Of a DNA stretch of 64,000 nucleotides, positions 18,415 through 29,102 are shown in pieces; the stretch's first letter is position 1; each line of letters opens with the position of its first letter. This DNA comes from a virus. Below the pieces are notes generated by a model, which ran no database searches, was not told where the DNA came from, and was given only the letters and a program-made list of their open reading frames with translations. The stretch lies in the IMG/VR virus record IMGVR_UViG_3300042914_002167, one strand, 5' to 3'. Made by a program: the position numbers and the translations under genes.

Positions 18415-19383
18415 ATGACAACAAGAACAACTTTTGGTCCACAAGTATCTAGTAATGAAGATATCGGTAGTAGATATGGTTTATTTGCAAATACTATAAG
18501 TTTTGGTATGCCAGAAACCTCAAAATCCTCTCATGGCTTTTCTATTCCCGTAGTAGTATTTAAGTTCAAGAGTGCATTTGGAACAGACATAACGGGCGGT
18601 TCGCCTAGAATAGAAATTAGAGCGCCATCATCACTTTCATTACAGCACAATTCAAATTATGACAGAGGAGGAAATATTTTTGGTGGTTCCGTAGACATGA
18701 GTTTCAATGCAGCAACAGAAGGTGCTAATGCATCATTTAGTTTTTTAGAACAAACTGGCAATACTTTAGCAGAAGCAATAGCAAGAAAAATAATTAGTGC
18801 TGCTGGCGATAAAATAGGATATCTTGAATCTGCTGGTCAATCTGGAATAGACCAGTTTGAATTTGCAAACAGAAGTGTCATCAATCCATTTTCACAATTA
18901 CTATACAAAGGTCCAAACTTCAAACAATATAATCTACCTTTCGTAATGAGACCAAAGAATTTAGATGAAGCAAGGGCAGCAATGGGTATTATATCAGCAT
19001 TCAAGATAGCATCTTCGCCAAAAGTGGCTGGTGGAACGTATCAAGATGTGGATGCACTGAGAGAAGAAGTATTTGGAAAAATTGCTAATGCTATTGAGGA
19101 TAGTATACCTCTAACATTTGGTTATCCAGATTTAGTTTCTTTTGAAATTTATATGTATTCAGGCACTGAGTGTTCGGCGCCAATATATACCAGTTTGAAT
19201 TGTGCTATTATGTCAGTCAGCACTGACTACGGGCAACAAAAGATGTCATTCTTCATTCCTGATATTGGAGAAAATAAATATTATCCCACAGAGATAGCTA
19301 TGACGATTGGATTGCAGGAAGTTGAATTTAGAACAACTTATGATGCAGAACAAGAAGTAACTTCAAACACAACACTGAGGTAA
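18415..19383 (+). CDS. gp48: baseplate tail-tube cap gp48-like
   Basis: INP..QLLYKGP.F..Y...F...PKN..EA, YPD and Y...P......L.E motifs; divergent from gp4 and followed by gp53. Confidence 0.75.
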   Translation: MTTRTTFGPQVSSNEDIGSRYGLFANTISFGMPETSKSSHGFSIPVVVFKFKSAFGTDITGGSPRIEIRAPSSLSLQHNSNYDRGGNIFGGSVDMSFNAATEGANASFSFLEQTGNTLAEAIARKIISAAGDKIGYLESAGQSGIDQFEFANRSVINPFSQLLYKGPNFKQYNLPFVMRPKNLDEARAAMGIISAFKIASSPKVAGGTYQDVDALREEVFGKIANAIEDSIPLTFGYPDLVSFEIYMYSGTECSAPIYTSLNCAIMSVSTDYGQQKMSFFIPDIGENKYYPTEIAMTIGLQEVEFRTTYDAEQEVTSNTTLR

Positions 19384-19391
19384 TCACTATC

Positions 19392-19916
19392 ATGTATTTC
19401 AGTTTTTACCCAAAAGTTGCGTATAAAGTAGATGACTTTGATTATGTCAAGGCTATTGATATAACTTCATCTGTAACAATCAAAGCATACATCAATACTT
19501 ATAGAGGCATTGGGTATAATCCATACATAGTGAAAGATGGAGAACGCCCAGATAGCATTTCTTATAAAATATACGGATCAGAGAGATATGATTGGATCAT
19601 CATGATGGTCAACAATATATCAAATGTGTATGATCAATGGCCAAAGTCATCCGAAGACTTTAGAGAGTTTATCATATTAAAATACGGCACTCTAGAGTAT
19701 GCAATAAACACTACAAAAAGTTATTACGATAGTCTAAAAAATGAAATTGATGTGACAACATACAATTCACTTGATCCAGCGCAGAGAACAACACAAACAT
19801 ATTATGAGTATGAAGTGGACAAAAATGAAACGAAAGCCGCAATAAAGATATTGAATCCTAGTCTTCTTCTCAAAGTAGAAAGTGACATCAAGCAATTGCT
19901 AAAGGCATCAACATAA
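19392..19916 (+). CDS. gp53: baseplate wedge gp53
   Basis: MYF..YP, Y.VKDGERPD.I..K.YG...DWII...NNI...WP and YEYE...NE. Confidence 0.9.
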   Translation: MYFSFYPKVAYKVDDFDYVKAIDITSSVTIKAYINTYRGIGYNPYIVKDGERPDSISYKIYGSERYDWIIMMVNNISNVYDQWPKSSEDFREFIILKYGTLEYAINTTKSYYDSLKNEIDVTTYNSLDPAQRTTQTYYEYEVDKNETKAAIKILNPSLLLKVESDIKQLLKAST

Positions 19917-19917
19917 T

Positions 19918-21693
19918 ATGACAAATCCAGTAAATGGTAGAAGAAGAACGCAGTCAGACTCTTCTGCGATACCTTCGGGCGAAAATATCAGATCAGACAC
20001 TACTATTGACACTGATGTTGATGATATTCGGAATTCAAATATCAAAGGTAAAGTAGTAGTCAAAGAAGTTACTCTTATTCAAAAGAATGGAACTTCCATT
20101 TCACTGAATAAAGTATACTCGTCAATTGTATTTTTTGAAGATATTTACTCAACCAATATTTCTGGGCAAGTTGTCATTGAAGACTATGTGGGTGGTTTAG
20201 AGAAGTTCTATATCTCTGGCGGTGAGAAACTAAAAATAGTTGTCGCAAAAGCAGGCAGTGGTGATATAATCATTGATAGATCCAACTTGGTGGTATATCG
20301 TGTCAAAGGCGGTGAAGTAACAGATACTCTAAACACAAGATATACTCTTCAGTTTGTAAGTGATTACTATGTAAAATCTACAAAGAAAAAGATATTCAAA
20401 AGTTATTACAATAAGACTGTCAAAGAAATTGCAACATCATTATTCTCTGAGATGAGCACAAGCCCACTTTTTGTAGAATCATCTTTGAGTATTGCATTAG
20501 ATAAGCCATTTGTTTGCACTGGAAATTCTCCAATAGACTGCATGAAGAGACTTGCAGAAAGGGTAGCATCGTTTGGCAAATACTATACATTATTTGAGCG
20601 ACTTTCCCCTACAGTAAGAAACACTGCATCTGGAGGTATAGTATCAGAGACAAGCATGTTCTGTAGTTTAGAAAGTCTAAAAAAGACTGGTGACGATGCA
20701 TATAAAGTAGTATTCTCTCTGAGAAACGCATCAAGTTCATCAGTAACAGAAAACTTGCCTGATGGAGTCATTAGAGCATCGCAATTAGTTAGATTAGACA
20801 ATTTCAATCATTTAGATTACATGATGTCTGGATTGTACAATTCTAGAATAACGACACTGAATCACATCTCACGCAATTACTTTGTAAAAAATATTAGTCA
20901 TGTTTCTGATACTATGCATGAAACTATTTTACCAGAAAAAGACTTCTATACAAACAAAATAATTGACACGAATAGTAACAATCCATTCTCTCAATACAAT
21001 GGAATCAATGAGTATCCAGGTGAGAAGTTTGTTGCAATAACAGTAAATGATATTGTACCAAAAGAGAAGTGGATTCAAAAGAATGCGCTTGGATACATGC
21101 TGAGTTCATTATATAAACTTCAAATTGTGATTGACGGCAGCACAAATAAACTATCATGTGGCGATTCCGTTTCACTCAATGTTCCCAGTAAATTCAGAAA
21201 AAGCACAACAGATAATACAGGTAGAGTATTAGAAGATGAAATGATGTCTGGTTATTATCTCGTCACATCAGTAAAGCACACTATAGTAAACAATGGAGTA
21301 TATTCAAAGAGAGTTGAATTAGGAAGAGGATCACTTCCCGTGAATCTGGATGAAAAGTTCTCTCTCAATAATGGAACTACTCCACTTCGTCAGAGTACAT
21401 TCTCATCAGATGTGCCGCCATCATCATTCAATGAAGTTTCTGTGAAAACATTACCCGGTACGGTAAATACTAGAACAAATACATATGACGGGCTACCCGT
21501 GTTTGGTTCAGAATCTATACCACCCTCCGCTGGAAATCAAAGCACAAAAACAGTGACACAGCAACAAGAAACTGCTCAAAACAAACAAACAGACACCACA
21601 GAAACTAGAAATAGAACTTATTCTTCACTTCAATATAGAGGAAATAGAGATTCTTCTGGTTGGTGGAATCTAGAAAACATATCAGAATTGTAA
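19918..21693 (+). CDS. baseplate hub protein (gp27-like)
   Basis: FEDIY...ISG, GGE.L.I and MSGYYLVT.VKH motifs; located between gp53 and gp5. Confidence 0.6.
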   Translation: MTNPVNGRRRTQSDSSAIPSGENIRSDTTIDTDVDDIRNSNIKGKVVVKEVTLIQKNGTSISLNKVYSSIVFFEDIYSTNISGQVVIEDYVGGLEKFYISGGEKLKIVVAKAGSGDIIIDRSNLVVYRVKGGEVTDTLNTRYTLQFVSDYYVKSTKKKIFKSYYNKTVKEIATSLFSEMSTSPLFVESSLSIALDKPFVCTGNSPIDCMKRLAERVASFGKYYTLFERLSPTVRNTASGGIVSETSMFCSLESLKKTGDDAYKVVFSLRNASSSSVTENLPDGVIRASQLVRLDNFNHLDYMMSGLYNSRITTLNHISRNYFVKNISHVSDTMHETILPEKDFYTNKIIDTNSNNPFSQYNGINEYPGEKFVAITVNDIVPKEKWIQKNALGYMLSSLYKLQIVIDGSTNKLSCGDSVSLNVPSKFRKSTTDNTGRVLEDEMMSGYYLVTSVKHTIVNNGVYSKRVELGRGSLPVNLDEKFSLNNGTTPLRQSTFSSDVPPSSFNEVSVKTLPGTVNTRTNTYDGLPVFGSESIPPSAGNQSTKTVTQQQETAQNKQTDTTETRNRTYSSLQYRGNRDSSGWWNLENISEL

Positions 21694-21713
21694 TCAGTAA
21701 TAAAAGGAATTAT

Positions 21714-22700
21714 ATGTTAATTTCATTCTCAGAATTCAATAGTTTGAAAGAGTTTGAACTCAAAAAACTAGAAGAGAAACTTATTGTATATGGTAATGAC
21801 GCCAAGTATGGGCAGATAGTATTTCTAGCAGGTGGTGCTGGTTCTGGTAAAGGTTTTGCAATCAAAAACTTCATGCACGGTGAATTATTCAAGATTCGCG
21901 ATGTAGATGAGTTGAAAACTGCATTTATGGCACTAGATGATATGAAAAAGTTCACTCTTGATGATTTGTTGACGAAATATGGAGACAAAATCAGTGAAAA
22001 AGACAAAGAAGCAATTCAAAGAGATGTAATTGACAAAGGATATACTCTAAAAGACTTGAATCTGAAAGAGAAGACGCATGTGTATGCTCTTCATGTGCTT
22101 GTCGCTGCAACTGGCATCAAAAACAAAACTCTAGATTTGATTCTATCTAATGCGAAAGAGAGTAAACTTCCAAACATTATGTTTGATATGACATTCAAAG
22201 ATGTTGCAGACTTGAATGAGACAGTGCCTAAACTCATTTCAGCAGGTTATGCACCAAAAAACATCCACGTCACATGGATTCTCACTCAATACGAAGTCGC
22301 GATTAAGAACAACGCAGGGCGCGCAAGAGTAGTACCCGACAACATCATGCTTGCAACTCACTCTGGTGCTGCAATCACGATGTCTTATCTAATCAAGAAT
22401 GGATTGCCAAGAGATGTTGACGGTGGCATGTATGTCGTTCTGAACAATAGAAAGAACACTGTGTTCTTCACCGATCCAAAAACAGGAAATGTGTTTAGGG
22501 GTGCTAGAGGCGATGAACTAGATACAAAGACAGGTGAAAAGAAGAATCACTTCGTCATCAAAGACTTTGAGTACATCACACTCAAGAAACCGGGCAAGCC
22601 TATCACATCAGATACCGATGTCAAGAAACAACTCTACACATGGATCACAGATAACATTCCTAAGTCTGCGCTAGACAAAGTTGCAATGGATGAACTATAA
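21714..22700 (+). CDS. P-loop kinase-like protein (zeta-toxin/AAA_33-like)
   Basis: FLAGGAGSGKG Walker A, DVD, FD.T and R.R.VP motifs. Start chosen at ATG 21714. Confidence 0.65.
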   Translation: MLISFSEFNSLKEFELKKLEEKLIVYGNDAKYGQIVFLAGGAGSGKGFAIKNFMHGELFKIRDVDELKTAFMALDDMKKFTLDDLLTKYGDKISEKDKEAIQRDVIDKGYTLKDLNLKEKTHVYALHVLVAATGIKNKTLDLILSNAKESKLPNIMFDMTFKDVADLNETVPKLISAGYAPKNIHVTWILTQYEVAIKNNAGRARVVPDNIMLATHSGAAITMSYLIKNGLPRDVDGGMYVVLNNRKNTVFFTDPKTGNVFRGARGDELDTKTGEKKNHFVIKDFEYITLKKPGKPITSDTDVKKQLYTWITDNIPKSALDKVAMDEL

Positions 22701-22701
22701 A

Positions 22702-22857
22702 ATGAACAAAGAAGACCGCAAAGAATATCTAGACTCACTTGAAGGAGTCACACTCTCAGATGAAGAATGGGCTAGAGAACTCTATGGCAGTGTCACACCG
22801 ACACACAATAATGATGATGATGATGATGATGATGACATCGAAAACAACATAGAGTAA
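22702..22857 (+). CDS. acidic miniprotein, 51 aa (below ORF-track cutoff)
   Basis: MNKEDRKEYLDSLEGVTLSDEEWARELYGSVTPTHNND8IENNIE*; fills the gap between two co-directional genes almost exactly. Confidence 0.6.
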   Translation: MNKEDRKEYLDSLEGVTLSDEEWARELYGSVTPTHNNDDDDDDDDIENNIE

Positions 22858-22863
22858 GAAGTA

Positions 22864-24054
22864 ATGAATCATTATATTGGCAAAGACGGATTTCTTTGGT
22901 GGATTGGTGTTGTAGAAGCAACTGATGATCCACTGCAACTGGGCAGATGCAGAGTCAGATGTTTTGGTTATCATCCAAAGAGAATAAGCACATCTACACC
23001 AAATGAGCAACCTGTTCCACCAGATCATCTACCGTGGGCAACATGCTTGATGCCATCAAACCTTCAGAACTTTCATGGGCGCCCCAATGCGGGCGATTGG
23101 GTCATTGGTTTCTTCCTTGACGCGCAAGACGCTCAAGAGCCTGTGATCTTAGGTATTCTTCCAGGCATACCAACTGTTGTCAATGACTACTTTAGTATGC
23201 ATCCGAGATTTGCGAAGACATTCACAAAAATCAAAAACGATGAGACTACTAATAGAAGTCAGTTAATCAACACTCTCCATTCACTAGTAGATAAAGAAAC
23301 AAAGCAATTAGTTACTCTACCTGAAGAGGGAGTGTATTTGTCAAATACAGATATAAGTTCAGTCAAAACAAAACTAACTAATTCTGAAGCAAGAACAGAC
23401 CAGACATTTGCATTCTATCACAAGAATGGTTCTAAGATTGAAATTGGTGATTCTGCAAATTTACAGAAGCAAGGAATAAACAAAGCACTATTACAATTGT
23501 CTAATGGATCGTCATTGGAAATTAGAAAAGAAGTTCTCAATGAGTCTGGTGACTCTACCGATTATGTCACACTGAACCATAGTGCAAGCAGCGGTAAAAT
23601 TGAACTCAAGACAAATGTTGTATCGGGCATTACAACAGATTCTTTGACATTAGTATCTCCAGCCGCTGATATTCTCATAAAGAAGGTTGGTGAAGACAAA
23701 AATACATTTAGTATCACTTCTTCTGGTGCTGAAGTAAAGATAACCAAAGAGGGTGCTGATACTACACTAAATATAACGCACCCAAAAGGAACATCAATAA
23801 CAATATCTCCAGAGGGTCAGATTACTATAAACTCACCAAAAACTGTAACTATATCCAGTTCTGAAGTGATGAATATAGCAGGTACATCGATTAACTTAAA
23901 TAGTCCAGTGACAAACAATCAGAGTGTATTGAATACACTAGTGTTGAATGCTGAAACTATAAACTTAGCAGGTGTTGGCAATTTAGCTTCAAAGATTGCA
24001 GCAATGGATCTTGAGATAGCTGTTGCTAAGACTTTGCCTGTACCTAGCCCTTGA
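22864..24054 (+). CDS. gp5: baseplate central spike gp5 (OB-fold plus beta-helix; no lysozyme domain evident)
   Basis: F.WWIGVVE..DDP..LGRCRVRCFGYH, LPWA and G.WV.GFFLD...AQ.P.ILG. Confidence 0.88.
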   Translation: MNHYIGKDGFLWWIGVVEATDDPLQLGRCRVRCFGYHPKRISTSTPNEQPVPPDHLPWATCLMPSNLQNFHGRPNAGDWVIGFFLDAQDAQEPVILGILPGIPTVVNDYFSMHPRFAKTFTKIKNDETTNRSQLINTLHSLVDKETKQLVTLPEEGVYLSNTDISSVKTKLTNSEARTDQTFAFYHKNGSKIEIGDSANLQKQGINKALLQLSNGSSLEIRKEVLNESGDSTDYVTLNHSASSGKIELKTNVVSGITTDSLTLVSPAADILIKKVGEDKNTFSITSSGAEVKITKEGADTTLNITHPKGTSITISPEGQITINSPKTVTISSSEVMNIAGTSINLNSPVTNNQSVLNTLVLNAETINLAGVGNLASKIAAMDLEIAVAKTLPVPSP

Positions 24055-24097
24055 TATATAGTTACTTATGGTATGTCATTATCATAGGGTACACAGT

Positions 24098-24126
24098 AGT
24101 GTATCACATTGTCAAGTGTTTGTCAA
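24098..24126 (-). promoter_or_regulatory. putative antisense sigma70-type promoter facing gp5
   Basis: Minus strand: TTGACA (24126-24121), 17 bp, TG-extended TACACT (24103-24098). Confidence 0.5.
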
Positions 24127-24147
24127 GTTAAATTAAAGGAAAATGTT

Positions 24148-24336
24148 ATGTCTACAGTTACACATGAATCATTGGTAAATTTGTTTGATACCTATGTCAA
24201 AGACAACGAAAAGTTTGTCACAAAGGGAAACAAAGCAGCTGGAACTCGCGCACGGAAAGCACTCGCAGAGTTCGCTAAGTTGGCTAAAGAACGCCGTAAA
24301 GAAATTCAAGCCGATAAAAACACAGAAGCGGAGTAA
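24148..24336 (+). CDS. small basic histone H1-like (Hc1-like) DNA-binding protein
   Basis: KF..KGNKAAGTRARKAL...AK..RKEIQ motif; AAGGA SD upstream. Confidence 0.7.
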   Translation: MSTVTHESLVNLFDTYVKDNEKFVTKGNKAAGTRARKALAEFAKLAKERRKEIQADKNTEAE

Positions 24337-24345
24337 TTCCACAAA

Positions 24346-24729
24346 ATGGCAAATACACCAGTTTTTTTCAAAGATTTCTCACTGGATATGATTCCGCATC
24401 CAGTGAGTGGTGATATTCGCCCAATTACTAATGAAATGGCGATTCGTCGATCTTTGCTGAATACGCTCAGAACAAAGAAAGGCGAGCGCCCCTTTTTCTC
24501 AGAGTTTGGCACCTCTCTAGAAAAATTTCTGTTTGAGCCTGCAAATGCCCTGACAGAAACTCTAATAAATAAAGAAATACATGAAGTAATATCTAGATTT
24601 GAGCCGCGCGTGACGGTTACTTCAATTGAAAGTAAAGTGGAAGAAGATGGCATTGAAGTAATAGTAAATTATTACATCAAAAACACTAACACACAAGACT
24701 CAATTGAGTTTTCAGTCACCAGAGCATAA
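24346..24729 (+). CDS. gp25: baseplate wedge gp25
   Basis: HP..GD, AI.RSL.N..T..GERPF..FG, LFE and FEPRV. Confidence 0.92.
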   Translation: MANTPVFFKDFSLDMIPHPVSGDIRPITNEMAIRRSLLNTLRTKKGERPFFSEFGTSLEKFLFEPANALTETLINKEIHEVISRFEPRVTVTSIESKVEEDGIEVIVNYYIKNTNTQDSIEFSVTRA

Positions 24730-24731
24730 AA

Positions 24732-26552
24732 ATGGCAGATAGCACAAATCTAAAAGTAAATGAGTTGGATTTTGATAAAATCAAAACTAATCTCAGAGAC
24801 TATCTAAAAGCGCAGGACCAGTTTAGAGATTACAATTTCAGCGGTTCTGGCATCAGTGTTCTTTTGGATATCTTAGCATATAATACTTACTATAATTCAT
24901 TCTATTTGAATATGGTAGCTGCGGAGTCATTTTTGGCTACTGCGCAAAAAAGAAATTCAATTATCAATCACGCAAGATCACTGAACTACACTCCTAGGTC
25001 TAGAATATCATCCCTAATTGAGGGCAGTTTTACTATTACTCCAATTGGCACACCAACAAGCATCAATATACCACAATATACTAGATTCACTGGTACAATT
25101 GACGGAGTAACATACTATTTCAATACTTTAACTTCCGCGACAGTAACTCCGTCGGCTGGAACATATACACTATCAAATGTAACTCTGAAAGAGGGTTTAT
25201 ATTACAACTATCGCTATATTGTCAATATAGTTGATAAAGAGCAGAGATTTATGATTCCAAATTCTGGAGTTGATACAACAACACTTGTAGTAAAGGTAGT
25301 AAATTCTTCTACAGATAGCACAACTAGATCATTTACATCAGCAACAAATTTAGTTGAAATTGACGCAACATCACAGATATTCTTTTTAGAAGAAGTTGAA
25401 GATGGCAAATTTGAATTGTTTTTCGGCGACGGAATACACGGTGTAGCACTTCAAGATGGTAATATAGTATCTCTTGAATACCTAGTATCTTCAGGCGAAA
25501 CTGCAAACGATATTCAACAATTGACATATGCATCTTCTATTCCTAATGTATCTACTATAGATTTTACATCAACATTTCCATCGCGGGGTGGGCAAGAGCG
25601 TGAAGATATTAATAAAATTAGATTCAATTCAACTCGCTCATATGAAGCGCAGAACAGAGCGGTTACTGTAGATGATTTCAAAGCATTGCTCCTTAAGCAG
25701 CCAAATGTCAGCCAAGTTTCAATATGGGGGGGTGAAGATAATGTTCCTCCTACATACGGAAGAGTATTCATTGCGATAAAACCAGTCAGCGGTGAAGTCT
25801 TGACAGCCACAGAAAAGACTAATCTAATTGAGTATGTCATCAAGCCTAAGAAAATATTGACAACGACAATAGAAATGGTTGATCCTGAGTATATTTACTT
25901 GCTTGTTGATGTAAATGTGAAATTTGATTCTGGTAAAACTACTTTGACATCATCTAGTTTACAGTCTGCCGTTTTGAATGTAATTACAAACTATAACACA
26001 AATGAATTGACTGATTTTGCAAAGTATTTCAGATACTCTAGATTGTCAAGACTAATTGATGTCGCAGAAAGATCAATTCTAAACTCTACGATGACTGTGA
26101 GATTGAGAAAAGAACTTGATGTTCAATTGAATCAATCCTCAAAGTATGATATTCCATTCTCTAACGCAATAGACAATACTTCGTTTGGTCGCCCAGAAAC
26201 ACATCCATATAATGTTGGAAATAAACTCTCATCAAATGAATTCACATACAATGGATATCCAGCATGTTTCTTGGAAGAGAATAATGGTATAATAAGAATC
26301 TATCGTCAATCTGGAATACAAACAGTGGGCGTAGTTTCTAATATAGGAACTCTAAACTATAACACTGGATTAGTAGTTCTGAATGGTTTTGCGCCTCAAG
26401 CATTTGCTGACGGTGGAACTACTCTAAAACTAACTGCATATCCTAGAGATTTAGATGTCCTTCCTCTGAGAAATCAAATTGTCAATATTAGAGATAATGA
26501 TATATCAATCACTCTGACTGACGACAATACAATAAGTCTAACTAAAAGATAA
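24732..26552 (+). CDS. gp6: baseplate wedge gp6
   Basis: LDFD.IK.NL, F.DY.F.GS....LLD.LAYNTYY, FGDG..G, QNRAVT..D and WGGEDN.PP.YG.V. Confidence 0.94.
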   Translation: MADSTNLKVNELDFDKIKTNLRDYLKAQDQFRDYNFSGSGISVLLDILAYNTYYNSFYLNMVAAESFLATAQKRNSIINHARSLNYTPRSRISSLIEGSFTITPIGTPTSINIPQYTRFTGTIDGVTYYFNTLTSATVTPSAGTYTLSNVTLKEGLYYNYRYIVNIVDKEQRFMIPNSGVDTTTLVVKVVNSSTDSTTRSFTSATNLVEIDATSQIFFLEEVEDGKFELFFGDGIHGVALQDGNIVSLEYLVSSGETANDIQQLTYASSIPNVSTIDFTSTFPSRGGQEREDINKIRFNSTRSYEAQNRAVTVDDFKALLLKQPNVSQVSIWGGEDNVPPTYGRVFIAIKPVSGEVLTATEKTNLIEYVIKPKKILTTTIEMVDPEYIYLLVDVNVKFDSGKTTLTSSSLQSAVLNVITNYNTNELTDFAKYFRYSRLSRLIDVAERSILNSTMTVRLRKELDVQLNQSSKYDIPFSNAIDNTSFGRPETHPYNVGNKLSSNEFTYNGYPACFLEENNGIIRIYRQSGIQTVGVVSNIGTLNYNTGLVVLNGFAPQAFADGGTTLKLTAYPRDLDVLPLRNQIVNIRDNDISITLTDDNTISLTKR

Positions 26553-26561
26553 CATAATCAT

Positions 26562-29102
26562 ATGAGTGTTATCAATAACAATCCAGGGTTAAATCTAGCG
26601 ACTCTTCTTCCGGAATCTATTTACAATGATTCCGAGAATTTTGTTTTATTCTTAAAAGCATACTATGAGTGGCTTCAGACTAGCACTTTCTATCTAGAAG
26701 ATCAAGTCGGAGTATTTTCTGCTGGAGAAATAATCACTGGAGATACATCTGGCGCAAAGGCTAAAGTAAAACTAGTCGGTGACGGATACATTATTGTTAT
26801 CATAACGTCAGCAAAGAATTTTGATACTAGAGAAGTCATATCAGGAACTTCTCTTTCTACAGCAATACTATCATCAATTAGAGATAATGTGCTTAGAAGA
26901 AGCAGTAACTTTATTGATTATAGAAGTTTAGTTACTAGCGTTGATGTATTTGCAGAGTATCTAAAAGACGAATTGTATCCTAATTTTCCATCATCTTTGT
27001 ATGGAGATAATAGACTTGTAGTAAGAAAACTAAAAGACTACTATCAAGCAAAGGGGCAAGAGCAATCTTATAAGTTCTTATTCAAAACTCTCTATAATCA
27101 AGACATTGATATTATCTTTCCAAGTGAAGATATTCTGAGAGTATCCGCTGGGCATTGGGTTCAAAGTAAACTCCTTAGAGCGGTAATCACAGAAAATATA
27201 TTTGACTTCCTATTCAAAACAGTTCGCGGATTGACTTCTGGCGCAGTCGCTAACGTAATTGATATTAAACTAGTTTATGTAGGAACTCAGCAAGTCGCAG
27301 AAATGTCACTATCTCTAGTGTCTGGAACATTTGCTGTGAATGAAACTATAGTTGACGTTGAAAACGAAGATGTTTCAACGACACTATATGGAATGATAAC
27401 TGGTTTCAACATAAATCAATCAGGCACAGGTTATCAAGTTGGCGATCAACTGACAATCACAGGCAATGGTCAAGCAGCATCAGCAGCGGTTTCTTCTATA
27501 TTTGAATCGCCCATTGATTCTATTAATGTTGTTTCTACAGGGTACGGATATAGATTAAACACATATGCAGTAGTAAACAATACCGGCACCGGTGGCACTG
27601 GGCTAAAAATAAAAGTAACTGGCATCACAAATCCATATACAGTTACTTCAGGTCCAAATACTTACACTGTGGGTGAAGTATCAGAAGTAACCATTGTAAA
27701 TAGAGGCGACAATTATTTCTCATCACCAACTATAACACTGAGAGACACTACAATTCAATCAATTGGATTACTCAGCGATAAGTTGATAAACATAACAAAT
27801 GCAGGTAATAATTATACTGTAGGCGATTGGCTGACATTTAGTGCAAATACTGGTTCTGGTGCAAATGCCATAGTTGCTTCAGTAAATGAAGCTGTTTCAT
27901 ATGACTTTTTATTTGAAGATAACAACAGACTTCAATCTGAAACTGATTTTGATATTCTAAAACAACAAGATTGGTCGCCAGTTGGTCCAATTGAGCGTAT
28001 TTTCATGACGAATTACGGCTCTGGATATAACCAAACTAGTTTACCCACAGTCACTGTAAATACTTCAACTGGCTCTAATGCTGCTCTGAGTGTCATTGGA
28101 GTTCAAGGTACAGGTGCAAATGTCGAAGTTGACTCAATAAACAATGTTGGTGGCATTGGCTCTATCAGATCCATTACAATTCAAGATTTTGGTGTCAACT
28201 ATACTACAGCAAACGTCGATTGTACTGCAATAGGCAATGGAAATGCTAATATAACACCAATTTTATCTGGTATTGCAATCAATAATGGAGCATTTGCTAC
28301 AGATGACGGCAAATTAGACTACAAGAAAATTCAAGATTCATATTACTATCAAGATTTTTCATATGTCATCAGAAGTGGCATTGAAATCTCTAGATACAAA
28401 GAGACATTGAAGACATTGATTCACCCAGCCGGACTTGAAGTTTTCGGTGAAATCAGTATTGTATCTCAGTTGAATCTTCAGATGGCATCATCTTCTGCTC
28501 TCAATATAGAAAGCATTGGTAATTTCATCAAATATATCGTATCGCAACTTAGTGTTATTGCAAAAAGCACTAAAAATCACTATGAACTTGATCTTCCTGC
28601 TCAAAAAGTACAGACAATTGCGACATATGAAGCGTCACCTAGAGTTATTTTTGCGCCAAAGGGTGATAGCGCAGTAGACGCAAAAATAGATGCATTCAAT
28701 ATTGGCAATATTCTTGAATTGTCGCCGCTTGTAGATAATGCCGTTGATTTAGTTCCTCAAGATGTTTTTAACTATTGGGGCAATCAATCAATGTTGCCAT
28801 ACTCTTCAAATACAATTAATAGTCTTTCTTCAATATCATTCAATTCACTGTTTGGCACATTTACAGGCTACAATGCAGTAGAAACTCAATTGAAAGTTGC
28901 AGGAACAGTTGATGTATACACAAACAATGCAATTCTAGGCACAGGAACTTCATTCTCGCTAGATTTTGCAATTGGTGATTCTCTCATTGTCGGTAACGAT
29001 AAATTCGTTGTGAATGGTGTATCATCTAACACAATATTGAGTATAGCAGTATCTCCACAATCACCGTACTTATCGCAATCTGCGTATAAGATTGTAGTAT
29101 AA
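26562..29102 (+). CDS. baseplate wedge gp7-like
   Basis: F..FLKAYYEW, Y.AKG...SY.FLF..LY and IQDSYYYQDFSYVI...HPAG. Confidence 0.8.
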   Translation: MSVINNNPGLNLATLLPESIYNDSENFVLFLKAYYEWLQTSTFYLEDQVGVFSAGEIITGDTSGAKAKVKLVGDGYIIVIITSAKNFDTREVISGTSLSTAILSSIRDNVLRRSSNFIDYRSLVTSVDVFAEYLKDELYPNFPSSLYGDNRLVVRKLKDYYQAKGQEQSYKFLFKTLYNQDIDIIFPSEDILRVSAGHWVQSKLLRAVITENIFDFLFKTVRGLTSGAVANVIDIKLVYVGTQQVAEMSLSLVSGTFAVNETIVDVENEDVSTTLYGMITGFNINQSGTGYQVGDQLTITGNGQAASAAVSSIFESPIDSINVVSTGYGYRLNTYAVVNNTGTGGTGLKIKVTGITNPYTVTSGPNTYTVGEVSEVTIVNRGDNYFSSPTITLRDTTIQSIGLLSDKLINITNAGNNYTVGDWLTFSANTGSGANAIVASVNEAVSYDFLFEDNNRLQSETDFDILKQQDWSPVGPIERIFMTNYGSGYNQTSLPTVTVNTSTGSNAALSVIGVQGTGANVEVDSINNVGGIGSIRSITIQDFGVNYTTANVDCTAIGNGNANITPILSGIAINNGAFATDDGKLDYKKIQDSYYYQDFSYVIRSGIEISRYKETLKTLIHPAGLEVFGEISIVSQLNLQMASSSALNIESIGNFIKYIVSQLSVIAKSTKNHYELDLPAQKVQTIATYEASPRVIFAPKGDSAVDAKIDAFNIGNILELSPLVDNAVDLVPQDVFNYWGNQSMLPYSSNTINSLSSISFNSLFGTFTGYNAVETQLKVAGTVDVYTNNAILGTGTSFSLDFAIGDSLIVGNDKFVVNGVSSNTILSIAVSPQSPYLSQSAYKIVV

